DNA from: an uncultured Erysipelotrichaceae bacterium
GTDB lineage: Bacteria; Bacillota_I; Bacilli_A; Erysipelotrichales; Erysipelotrichaceae
Length of the DNA: 32,000 nucleotides
Assembly (NCBI GenBank): GCA_942492995.1
Contig: OW818653.1
Span: forward strand, 1,200,001 to 1,232,000
Direction: 5' to 3'
The translations under genes and the position numbers were made by a program. The notes under the pieces are model-generated. The model was given only the letters and a program-made list of their open reading frames with translations. It made no database searches and was not told the origin of the DNA. Below, one piece after another: positions 8,871 to 16,617 of the stretch. Within the stretch, counting starts at the first letter, position 1. Each line of letters begins with the position of its first letter.

Positions 8871-10006
8871 CTGTACTCTGATTTGCCTAATACATAGGTT
8901 TCAATTACATCATAATTATCATCAAGTATTACAAGGTCCGCATCGTAATTAGAACGTATGCGACCTTTTTTATGATCTAACTTTAATATCTTAGCTGGAT
9001 TGATTGTTCCGGCATTAATCGCACTCACTTCACTTACACTGGCTAACTCAATCACATTCTTTAAACTTTGGTTATATCCTAATGTACTGCCCGCTAAACT
9101 ATTGGTATCCGCAAGGTATGCGCCACCATTACTTCTAATATCAATGGTTTGTCCACCAAAGACATAACGACCTTCGCCTACTCCTTTTGCTTGTAATGCA
9201 TCGGTAACCATTACGACATGATCTTTACCTTTCGCATGAAAGAGAATATTAATCGCTGGCCAACTAACATGAATACCATCACAAATTAATTCTGTATATG
9301 CCGTTCCGATTCTTAACGCAGCCCCAACTGTTCCTGGTTCACGATGATTAAACGGACTCATGCCATTGAATGTATGGGTGAAACCACTAGCACCATTCGC
9401 AATCGCAAAGAGTGATTCTGAATAGTTCGCAGCGGAATGTCCAATATTAATTGATACACCCTTTTGACTCGCATATTGAATAAGATCATAATCTTCATCA
9501 TTTTCAACCGCCATCGTCATAATCTTGATCATTCCATTCGACGCTTCTTCATAACGTTTATATTGTGCTAAATCAGGTTTAACAATGTACTCTTCAGGCT
9601 GTGCACCTTTGTATTTAACACATAGATATGGACCTTCAAAATGAACCCCAACAATCTGTGCACCTACATTTTTCTCAGCTGCTACTTTAACCACATTTCT
9701 TAGTGCTTTTGTAAGGACTGCTTCACTTTGTGTAATCGTTGTTGGACATAATGAAGTCACACCTTCTTTAACAGCTACTTTTAACCAACGTTTTAATCCA
9801 TCTTCATCCGCTTCATTGGTATCAAATCCAACAGCCCCATGACAGTGAGTATCAATAAACCCTGGATAAATACGTTGATTCCCATAATCGACATCAACTT
9901 CTTTAAGGTTATATGGATAAATGCGATGTATTTTATCGTTTAATAGTTCAATTTGAGCTTCTGCCCATTGTTCTTCAATCCAAATTCTTTTACTTTGAAT
10001 GATCAT
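8864..10006 (-). CDS. nagA: N-acetylglucosamine/N-acetylgalactosamine-6-phosphate deacetylase
   Basis: 380 aa with PGFIDTHCHGAVGFD (metal-binding HxH) and later HTFNGM and DALQA-type motifs of the NagA/AgaA amidohydrolases. AGAGGA lies upstream. Confidence 0.85.
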   Translation of the reverse strand: MIIQSKRIWIEEQWAEAQIELLNDKIHRIYPYNLKEVDVDYGNQRIYPGFIDTHCHGAVGFDTNEADEDGLKRWLKVAVKEGVTSLCPTTITQSEAVLTKALRNVVKVAAEKNVGAQIVGVHFEGPYLCVKYKGAQPEEYIVKPDLAQYKRYEEASNGMIKIMTMAVENDEDYDLIQYASQKGVSINIGHSAANYSESLFAIANGASGFTHTFNGMSPFNHREPGTVGAALRIGTAYTELICDGIHVSWPAINILFHAKGKDHVVMVTDALQAKGVGEGRYVFGGQTIDIRSNGGAYLADTNSLAGSTLGYNQSLKNVIELASVSEVSAINAGTINPAKILKLDHKKGRIRSNYDADLVILDDNYDVIETYVLGKSEYRR

Positions 10007-10138
10007 ATTTTGTCCTCTTTATTTAGTTAATCACACCTTACAAAAATTATAAAGTTATTCGATTCAATTGACTGTTTTTTACAAATCATTGATTTAAAAA
10101 TATAATAATGTACATCTTATCTCAACTCATCATACCAT

Positions 10139-10162
10139 AAAAAAAAGTAGGGTTACCCTACT
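10139..10162 (-). terminator. Intrinsic terminator downstream of the Fur-family gene
   Basis: Stem agtaggg/ccctact (10146-10162) with loop tta, followed on the minus strand by a run of 8 T. Confidence 0.65.
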
Positions 10163-10533
10163 TAACTTTGTGTACTTGAACACATTTCACATGATCCATA
10201 TAACATTAATTTATACGATGAAACTGAAAACGGACTAATCTTATTCACAACATCCTTTAAATTTAATTGTACGTCATAAACATTTTTACATTTTTCACAA
10301 AAGAAATGTTCATGATAATTCAAATTAAAGTCAAATCGATCACTATCACCTGGGATGGATACTTTGCGTACTTTTCCTTCTTCAGTATAGATATTTAAAT
10401 TACGATATACGGTTGCTAAACTCAATCTAGGATGATCTTTTTTTAAATGTAAATAAATCTCGTCCGCTGTCGGATGATACTTTAGATCAAAAACCGCATC
10501 AAGAATTATCTCTTTTTGTTTAGTGTGTTTCAC
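10162..10533 (-). CDS. Fur family metalloregulator (Fur/PerR/Zur; subtype not resolved)
   Basis: The GTG at 10533 is preceded by AAGGAG at 6 nt; the track start at 10575 has no ribosome-binding site. A DNA-binding helix (LSLATVYRNLNIY) and the motifs HEHFFCEKC ... CEMC (HxH plus two CxxC) are present. Confidence 0.8.
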   Translation of the reverse strand: MKHTKQKEIILDAVFDLKYHPTADEIYLHLKKDHPRLSLATVYRNLNIYTEEGKVRKVSIPGDSDRFDFNLNYHEHFFCEKCKNVYDVQLNLKDVVNKISPFSVSSYKLMLYGSCEMCSSTQS

Positions 10534-10615
10534 TGACAGCTCCTTTACAACAATCGTAATTATAGTGTAATTCAATTAATTTGTATAGAAAAATTATGTC
10601 ACTTATCGAGTGAAT

Positions 10616-10648
10616 AAAAAAATAGACATTCATTATTTTGAATGTCTA
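10616..10648 (-). terminator. Intrinsic terminator downstream of psuG
   Basis: Stem tagacattc/gaatgtcta (10623-10631 and 10640-10648) with an 8-nt loop, followed on the minus strand by a run of 7 T. Confidence 0.65.
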
Positions 10649-10654
10649 ACTCGT

Positions 10655-11575
10655 CTATTTAAGTTCTGATAATGATTTCGCAATCTTTGCGGCAAGTCTT
10701 GAATTATTGAAGACTAACGCTTTATTTGCTAGTACAGATTTACCTTCTGTATCATGATGTAAAGCAGCTAATAAGAATGGTGTAACATCTTTTCCTTTAA
10801 TGCCTTGTTGAATTGAACGATTAAGCGCTTCAGTGATTTTCTCACGAATATATTCTGGGTTCATTTCATTTTCTTTTGGGATAGGATTCGCAATAATCAT
10901 ACCTGCTTTAAATCCAATTTCTTCTTTCGTACGAATTATCTGCGCAATTTCATTCGTTGTTTCAACACAATAATCAACTTTTAGTCCACTATCACGTGTA
11001 TAGAAATCTGGGAATGCGTCTGTTTGATATCCTACAATTGAAACCCCTAATGTTTCTAGATATTCTTTTGTACGAGGTAAATCGAGAATTGATTTTGCCC
11101 CAGCACAAACTACATTAACGTTTGTATTAGCGATTTCAACTAGATCAGCGGATACATCCATCGTATCTTCACCGTGCATATGTACACCGCCAATTCCACC
11201 TGTCGCAAACACTTTAATTTTCGCCATATGTGCAAATAACATGGTAGTCGCAACAGTTGTAGCTCCATCTAAGCCTAACGCTAAGATTGGCGCAACATCT
11301 CTTCGACTACATTTTGAAATTGTGCGATTTTGCGCAAAGAATAGAATGTCTTCTTCACTCATGCCGATTAGAATTTTACCATTTCGAATTCCAATCGTAG
11401 CTGGTACAGCTCCTTCTTCACGAATAATGCGTTCACACGTTTTAGCACAATCAAGGTTTTCTGGATAAGCAAATCCATGTGAAATAATTGTGGATTCTAA
11501 TGCGACAACCGGTCTTCCTTCTAATAATGCTTGTTTAACTTCATCCTTAATTACTAAATATTTTTCTAAGTTCAT
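10655..11575 (-). CDS. psuG: Pseudouridine-5'-phosphate glycosidase
   Basis: RPVVALESTIISHGFAYPENL ... GAVPATIGIRNGKILIG is the PsuG/YeiN signature. The start forms an ATGA overlap with the upstream kinase gene. Confidence 0.9.
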   Translation of the reverse strand: MNLEKYLVIKDEVKQALLEGRPVVALESTIISHGFAYPENLDCAKTCERIIREEGAVPATIGIRNGKILIGMSEEDILFFAQNRTISKCSRRDVAPILALGLDGATTVATTMLFAHMAKIKVFATGGIGGVHMHGEDTMDVSADLVEIANTNVNVVCAGAKSILDLPRTKEYLETLGVSIVGYQTDAFPDFYTRDSGLKVDYCVETTNEIAQIIRTKEEIGFKAGMIIANPIPKENEMNPEYIREKITEALNRSIQQGIKGKDVTPFLLAALHHDTEGKSVLANKALVFNNSRLAAKIAKSLSELK

Positions 11576-12666
11576 TGTTTTACTCTTTCCTTTACCATCT
11601 CAAAACTAATGTTTGGATTTACTGTATATTGTGATTCCATTGCGATACTAGCACACGCTAGCGCAAATTTAACACACTCTTTTTCTTCATATTCATTCAA
11701 TTTCGAATAAACTAATCCAGCCATAAACGCATCTCCAGCACCTGTCGCATTTTGGACTTCAGTCGCCTGTGTTTGCATAAATCCGGATTCTTGTTCTGTT
11801 TTATAATATACCCCTTCTGCACCAAGTGTAATATAAACACATTTAACACCTTTGGATTGGAGTATTTCAGCCGCTTTTATAACATCTTGTTTATTCTTAA
11901 TGGTTGTATCACTTAAATACTCGGCTTCTAATCGATTACATTTAAGTGTATTGAAGTAATGTAGCTTATGCTTAATGCTCTTCGCTTTACCAATGGATAC
12001 TGGGTCAATAAATATACGTTTTGTGGTGGCATATTTTTGTCCTATCACATCCATGACATCCGATGGCAATACCGCATCTACTACTATAATTTCACTACTC
12101 TTAAGTACATAATCTTTCTTAATAATGTAATCTACCGGTATTTTATCTAATGCGCTCGTATCACTTAACGCAAGATCCATATCACCCGCATCATCTAGAA
12201 TCGCAATATAAGTTGTCGTACTTTCACCTTGCACCATATACGCTTCACTTATATCCACATTCGCTCTAACACATGAATCTTTAATCATTTGCCCAAATGA
12301 ATCATCACATAAGGCCGTTAAGAGTGAAACATGTGCACCAAGTCTTGATAGATTCTCAGATATGTTGCGTGAGACACCACCTGCTGATACACGAATTTGA
12401 CCTGGATTTGAATCTTTATGAATTAATGAATTTCTACTTTTACCCACTATATCAATCATAGAAGCCCCAATAACCACGAGCTTATCTTTTCGATTCACAA
12501 TATACCCTTTACCTTCGATGTATCTTTTCTTGAGTAAATTCGAAATGTGAACTGAAACGGATGATCGCGTGATGTTTAAAAGTTTCGCTAATTCATCTTG
12601 ACTAATTTGTGGGTTATCACAGATCAAATCAAATACTTCTTGTTCCTTCGTTGTTAGTTCTTTCAT
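11572..12666 (-). CDS. psuK: Pseudouridine kinase (PfkB family) fused to an N-terminal winged-helix DNA-binding domain
   Basis: The N-terminal segment TKEQEVFDLICDNPQISQDELAKLLNITRSSVSVHISNLLKKRYI is an HTH. The C-terminal part is a PfkB kinase (GGVSRNI ... TGAGDAFMAG). The gene is translationally coupled to psuG. Confidence 0.75.
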   Translation of the reverse strand: MKELTTKEQEVFDLICDNPQISQDELAKLLNITRSSVSVHISNLLKKRYIEGKGYIVNRKDKLVVIGASMIDIVGKSRNSLIHKDSNPGQIRVSAGGVSRNISENLSRLGAHVSLLTALCDDSFGQMIKDSCVRANVDISEAYMVQGESTTTYIAILDDAGDMDLALSDTSALDKIPVDYIIKKDYVLKSSEIIVVDAVLPSDVMDVIGQKYATTKRIFIDPVSIGKAKSIKHKLHYFNTLKCNRLEAEYLSDTTIKNKQDVIKAAEILQSKGVKCVYITLGAEGVYYKTEQESGFMQTQATEVQNATGAGDAFMAGLVYSKLNEYEEKECVKFALACASIAMESQYTVNPNISFEMVKERVKQ

Positions 12667-12680
12667 ATTCTCCTAAGCAT

Positions 12681-12699
12681 TTGCTTATATTGTAAGCAA
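12681..12699. promoter_or_regulatory. Palindrome TTGCTTA-N5-TAAGCAA just upstream of the psuK ribosome-binding site; candidate operator
   Basis: Perfect 7-bp inverted repeat, located 15-33 nt upstream of the psuK ATG (12666) in the divergent psuK/fructokinase intergenic region. Confidence 0.3.
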
Positions 12700-12795
12700 T
12701 AACTTACTAATAGTTTATCAAGTTATTTTTAAACTGTCAATAACCTATGTTAGACTTAAATTAACTATTTTTTACTAAATTAACAGGAGAAATGA

Positions 12796-13671
12796 ATGAA
12801 AATTTGCGGAATTGAGGCAGGTGGGACTAAATTTGTGCTTGGAATTGGGAATGAGCATGGAGAGATAATTATTCGTGAAACGTATCCAACACTTACCCCT
12901 AAAGAAACAATTGATCAGTGTAAAGCGTTTATTCTAAAACACCAACCCGATGCGGTTGGGATTGCGTCTTTTGGACCGATTAACTTAGATCGTAAAAGTG
13001 AAACTTATGGGTATATTACATCTACCCCAAAACCTGGATGGGCAAACACGGCTCTAGTAAGTGAAATTCAATCCATATTCAAAGGACCAATAGGTTTTGA
13101 TACGGATGTTAATGGGGCTGCACTTGGTGAATCGATTTGGGGTAAAGGTAAGGATGTTACATCGTGTTTATATTTAACGATTGGTACAGGAATTGGTGGA
13201 GGTTATGTTGAAAACAATCAATGCCTTCATGGGTTATTACATCCTGAAATGGGGCACATTCTAATCCAACGACATCCCGAAGATACTTATGCAGGTATTT
13301 GTCCATATCACGGATCATGTTTCGAAGGACTTGCGAGTGGACCATCCATTGAGGCTCGTTATCAAACATCAGCTAATAGTCTACCGAGCAATCACATTGC
13401 ATGGAAAATTGAAGCGAATTACATTGCGCAAGCTTTAGTGAATTACATCTTGATCCTTTCACCTAAGAAAATTGTATTAGGTGGAGGCATTATGCATCAA
13501 TCACATTTATTTCCGATGATACGAAATGAAGTTAAACTGTTACTAAAGAATTACATTCAACATCCTTATATCTTAGAGTGTGATGAGAACTATATAACAA
13601 GTCCTGGATTAGGCGATAATTCTGGATTGCTTGGCGCATTTGCGCTTGCCATATTAGAGCACAAAAAATAA
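12796..13671 (+). CDS. ROK family fructokinase (Mak/GmuE/ScrK-like)
   Basis: MKICGIEAGGTKF is the ATP-binding start. DTDVNGAALGE and the zinc motif HPEMGH...CPYHGSCFEG are present. AGGAGA lies upstream. Confidence 0.85.
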   Translation: MKICGIEAGGTKFVLGIGNEHGEIIIRETYPTLTPKETIDQCKAFILKHQPDAVGIASFGPINLDRKSETYGYITSTPKPGWANTALVSEIQSIFKGPIGFDTDVNGAALGESIWGKGKDVTSCLYLTIGTGIGGGYVENNQCLHGLLHPEMGHILIQRHPEDTYAGICPYHGSCFEGLASGPSIEARYQTSANSLPSNHIAWKIEANYIAQALVNYILILSPKKIVLGGGIMHQSHLFPMIRNEVKLLLKNYIQHPYILECDENYITSPGLGDNSGLLGAFALAILEHKK

Positions 13672-13683
13672 CAATAATATAAT

Positions 13684-13712
13684 TTGTTTGTTTATACGTT
13701 AGAGTTTATAAT
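13684..13712 (+). promoter_or_regulatory. Sigma-A-type promoter candidate for the GGDEF/EAL gene
   Basis: TTGTTT (13684-13689), a 17-nt spacer, then TATAAT (13707-13712), located 31 nt upstream of the ATG with GGGGGAG as the SD. Confidence 0.4.
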
Positions 13713-13742
13713 TTAAAAGACTAATAGATTGGGGGAGCTCAT

Positions 13743-15644
13743 ATGTTTTACATCATTGAATATGAACTTCTAGCCTTCGTCGCCCTATTAATTGTGGCGA
13801 TGAGATACTTCTACACTAGATATTTCCCAAGTCATCAAAATCGTATATTTGGGTACATTATTCTTGTAACATTGGTTTCATTATTTCTTGATTTAATCAC
13901 TGCATATACCATAAATGCAGTTTTCTCTATACCATTCTGGATTAATCAAATCTTAAATACACTTTATTATGGTGTACAAACAATTAATCCACCATTATTG
14001 TTAATCTACACTTTATTATTAGCAGGTAACCTAAGTTTTATGCAACGGAATCGTATAAAACTTATTTTCATGCCATCTTTTGTTGTTTTATTTATTCTAT
14101 TCTTTATCAATCCATTAACTGGACTCTATTTCTATATCGACCCAATTAGAGGCTATTCCTATGGGGTTTGGTTCTATAGTTTACATTTCATGGCTTTAAT
14201 CTATCTATCGACAACATTTATGTTTGCGGTTCATTATAAAAATCGTTTATCTACGATACAGTACCAAACCATTACTTCATTTATATTCGCAGTTCTTGTA
14301 ACGATGATTATTCAAGCGAATTATCCCGAGTTATTAATTACAGGTGTTGTGTTATCATTCGCAGTTATTGTAATGTACTTTACACTACAAAATCCTCAAC
14401 AAATGAAGGATGTATTAACTGGTGCATTTAACTATAACGCGATGTTAGAGTACTTATATGAATTGATTAAATCTAGACAAAAATTCCATCTTATTGCGAT
14501 AAACATCAATGATTTAAGCCGCATTAATCGAATGTTTGGATTAAAAAATGGAAATAAAGTACTGATTGAAATTGCGAATTATATTACGAACCAATCAAAA
14601 GATATCTGGGTATTTAGAATGAAGGGAACTCGTTTCGTCGCTATTATGAATGATGATACGTCCTATTATAAATTAAAGGCAAATCTAGAATATCGACTAG
14701 AATCATCATGGAGTATTGATTCAAACAATATTTATGTTTCGACAAGTCTTTGTTGCATGTTTAATTTAAATGATTATGTGACAAGTATTGATGATGTAGT
14801 TAATTTAATAGAAACATCCTACATTCAATCTGAAGTGAATGGCGTTAAGAAGAAAATGATTTCATCGGATAATGGATTATTCGATGAATTAGGTCGTATG
14901 ATGGCAGTTGAGTCTGCACTCCGTGATGCGCTTAACACAGGTATTGGGATTGAACTTAACTTTCAACCGGTATATTCAGTCAATAAGAAGCGATTTACAT
15001 CGGCAGAAACACTGCTTCGTTTTAAAGATCCTTTATTAGGTTCAATCTCACCATCTGAGTTTGTCCCGATTGCGGAGAAGAACGGACTCGTTTTACAGTT
15101 AGATTTATTAGTTGTTGAAAAGGTATGTCAATTTATTGAGAAATACAATCCAAAAGAAACATTGGGCTTAGATTATTTGGGAATAAATTTATCTGCTGCA
15201 GAATTTATGAATCGACAAATGCCAGAAAAAATGACTGAAATACTTAATCGTTACCAAATAGATCCAGAGTTCATTATTTTTGAAATTACTGAAACGGTTG
15301 CGACTGTTTCATACGATATCGTGTCTTCGTGTATGCAGGAATATCGTGGGCGTGGATTTAGATTTGCGTTAGATGATTTTGGGACAGGGTTTGCTAATTT
15401 ATCTCAAGTTGTAAGTTTACCGTTCACCATGGTTAAAATCGATCGTGGTTTATTACATGGTTCTAAGATAGTTCTTGAAGACTTATTACGTATGTTTAAA
15501 CGTCTAGGATTAATTACTGTCATTGAAGGAATTGAAACATCTGAACAATCTTCATTACTTCAATCAATGGATGTCGATTATATTCAAGGATTCTATTACG
15601 CTCGTCCAATGGGTGAAAATGAGTTTGTTCAATCATTGAAATAG
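13743..15644 (+). CDS. Integral-membrane c-di-GMP phosphodiesterase: about 6-7 transmembrane segments, a degenerate GGDEF domain and an EAL domain
   Basis: The EAL-domain residues are present: ETLLRF (EAL replaced by ETL), GINLSA, FEITET, ALDDFGTGFANL, KIDR, IEGIET and QGFYYARP. The GGDEF-like domain has RMKGTRFVAIM where RxGGDEF is expected. The N-terminal 210 aa are polytopic. Confidence 0.8.
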   Translation: MFYIIEYELLAFVALLIVAMRYFYTRYFPSHQNRIFGYIILVTLVSLFLDLITAYTINAVFSIPFWINQILNTLYYGVQTINPPLLLIYTLLLAGNLSFMQRNRIKLIFMPSFVVLFILFFINPLTGLYFYIDPIRGYSYGVWFYSLHFMALIYLSTTFMFAVHYKNRLSTIQYQTITSFIFAVLVTMIIQANYPELLITGVVLSFAVIVMYFTLQNPQQMKDVLTGAFNYNAMLEYLYELIKSRQKFHLIAININDLSRINRMFGLKNGNKVLIEIANYITNQSKDIWVFRMKGTRFVAIMNDDTSYYKLKANLEYRLESSWSIDSNNIYVSTSLCCMFNLNDYVTSIDDVVNLIETSYIQSEVNGVKKKMISSDNGLFDELGRMMAVESALRDALNTGIGIELNFQPVYSVNKKRFTSAETLLRFKDPLLGSISPSEFVPIAEKNGLVLQLDLLVVEKVCQFIEKYNPKETLGLDYLGINLSAAEFMNRQMPEKMTEILNRYQIDPEFIIFEITETVATVSYDIVSSCMQEYRGRGFRFALDDFGTGFANLSQVVSLPFTMVKIDRGLLHGSKIVLEDLLRMFKRLGLITVIEGIETSEQSSLLQSMDVDYIQGFYYARPMGENEFVQSLK

Positions 15645-15694
15645 ATTAAAATTCACACCATCTAATGCATCGTACTCAGATAATGAGTTGATAG

Positions 15695-15703
15695 TGCTAT
15701 AAT
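15695..15703 (+). promoter_or_regulatory. Extended -10 element (TGcTATAAT) 7 nt upstream of the first pilin ATG
   Basis: TGCTATAAT at 15695-15703 and the ATG at 15711, with no SD between them. The geometry fits a leaderless transcript, but the -35 (CTCAGA) is poor. Confidence 0.35.
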
Positions 15704-15710
15704 ATTTATA

Positions 15711-16187
15711 ATGTTACATCATAAAAAAGGAATGACGTTGTTAGAAGTACTGATTGCGCTTTTGATTTTCACAATCATGTCTAGCGCTATTTTTGGTTCG
15801 TTCATTGCGGCAGGTCGTATGGACATGTCGAGTAAGTCATTTACTGAAGCACGTGGTTTTGCGCAAGCACAATTAGAAAAGATTTATAATTATAGCCAAT
15901 CATTATCCTATGCGGATAGTTTATATCAAGTCATTAATGTGGATGGATTCGCTTGTACTGGTTTTTCATGGACAGTCGACGCAATAAGTGGAGAAGTACT
16001 CTACAATTCACCTGAAAACACTGTCACATGCACTAAACAACCTACAGGCTTTAATATGTTAATGGTATTTACACGTGACACATCCATCACATCAGTTAAT
16101 TTAATTAAAATAAAGATTGATGTTAATTCTACCGACAGTCAAAATACGAAACGATATGAGACCCTATATGCGACAGAATTTAAGTAA
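15711..16187 (+). CDS. Prepilin-type N-terminal cleavage/methylation-domain protein (type IV pilin or pseudopilin)
   Basis: The leader MLHHKKG is followed by MTLLEVLIALLIFTIMSSAIF (Glu at +5, Met rather than Phe at +1). The C-terminal part has two Cys separated by 24 residues (FACTG...VTCTK), resembling a pilin D-region loop. Confidence 0.8.
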   Translation: MLHHKKGMTLLEVLIALLIFTIMSSAIFGSFIAAGRMDMSSKSFTEARGFAQAQLEKIYNYSQSLSYADSLYQVINVDGFACTGFSWTVDAISGEVLYNSPENTVTCTKQPTGFNMLMVFTRDTSITSVNLIKIKIDVNSTDSQNTKRYETLYATEFK

Positions 16188-16617
16188 AAAGGGATTTACA
16201 TTAATCGAACTTATCATAGGGATTCTTATGTTCTCTATTATTGGGGCAGGATTAACGACGATCTTTGTAAGTGGCTTAAAATTCTATTCTGAGGAACAGT
16301 CTCAAGTAAACAATCAATTTTCAGTTACTGAGATATCAACCCAATTTGATACCGATATACGGCAAACTGTTTCTGCTTCAAAGAATGTTAATTGTTTAAT
16401 ATTAACTACAGTAAATGCGAACACAATTCAATATTGTTATAATACTGTTAATCAATCCTTAAGTCGTAACTCAGCTGTTATTGCGACAGGAATTCAAACA
16501 TTTACATCACAAATCATATTGAATCAAGTTAAGATTGTGATTGAAACAGATCCAGACTTAAGGTTAATGAAAAACAAGATTGAATTGAATTATTATCTGC
16601 GTGAGGGAAATTATTAA
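16168..16617 (+). CDS. Prepilin-type minor pilin/pseudopilin (PilW/GspJ-like position)
   Basis: MRQNLSKKG is followed by FTLIELIIGILMFSIIGAGL, the canonical G|FTLIE class III signal. The start is ambiguous (16120, 16156 or 16168 in frame); 16168 gives a typical 9-aa basic leader and overlaps the upstream gene by 20 nt. Confidence 0.8.
   Translation: MRQNLSKKGFTLIELIIGILMFSIIGAGLTTIFVSGLKFYSEEQSQVNNQFSVTEISTQFDTDIRQTVSASKNVNCLILTTVNANTIQYCYNTVNQSLSRNSAVIATGIQTFTSQIILNQVKIVIETDPDLRLMKNKIELNYYLREGNY

Noticed and set aside
10534-10615. Fur/PerR box upstream of the Fur-family gene
   Set aside because: AT-rich near-palindromes (for example AATTCAATTAATT) are imperfect and are expected by chance at this base composition. 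There is no 7-1-7 or 19-bp consensus match that I can defend.
11572-12666. The PfkB kinase as the missing tagatose-6-phosphate kinase of the GalNAc pathway
   Set aside because: It is translationally coupled to psuG, carries the HTH fusion typical of Firmicutes pseudouridine kinases, and is separated from the aga genes by a Fur-family gene and two terminators.
15645-15710. c-di-GMP riboswitch upstream of the first pilin, as in Clostridioides pilA1
   Set aside because: Only 66 nt are available, I found no conserved GEMM-like helices, and the region contains a -10 box right at the ATG. It is too short for a riboswitch aptamer plus expression platform.
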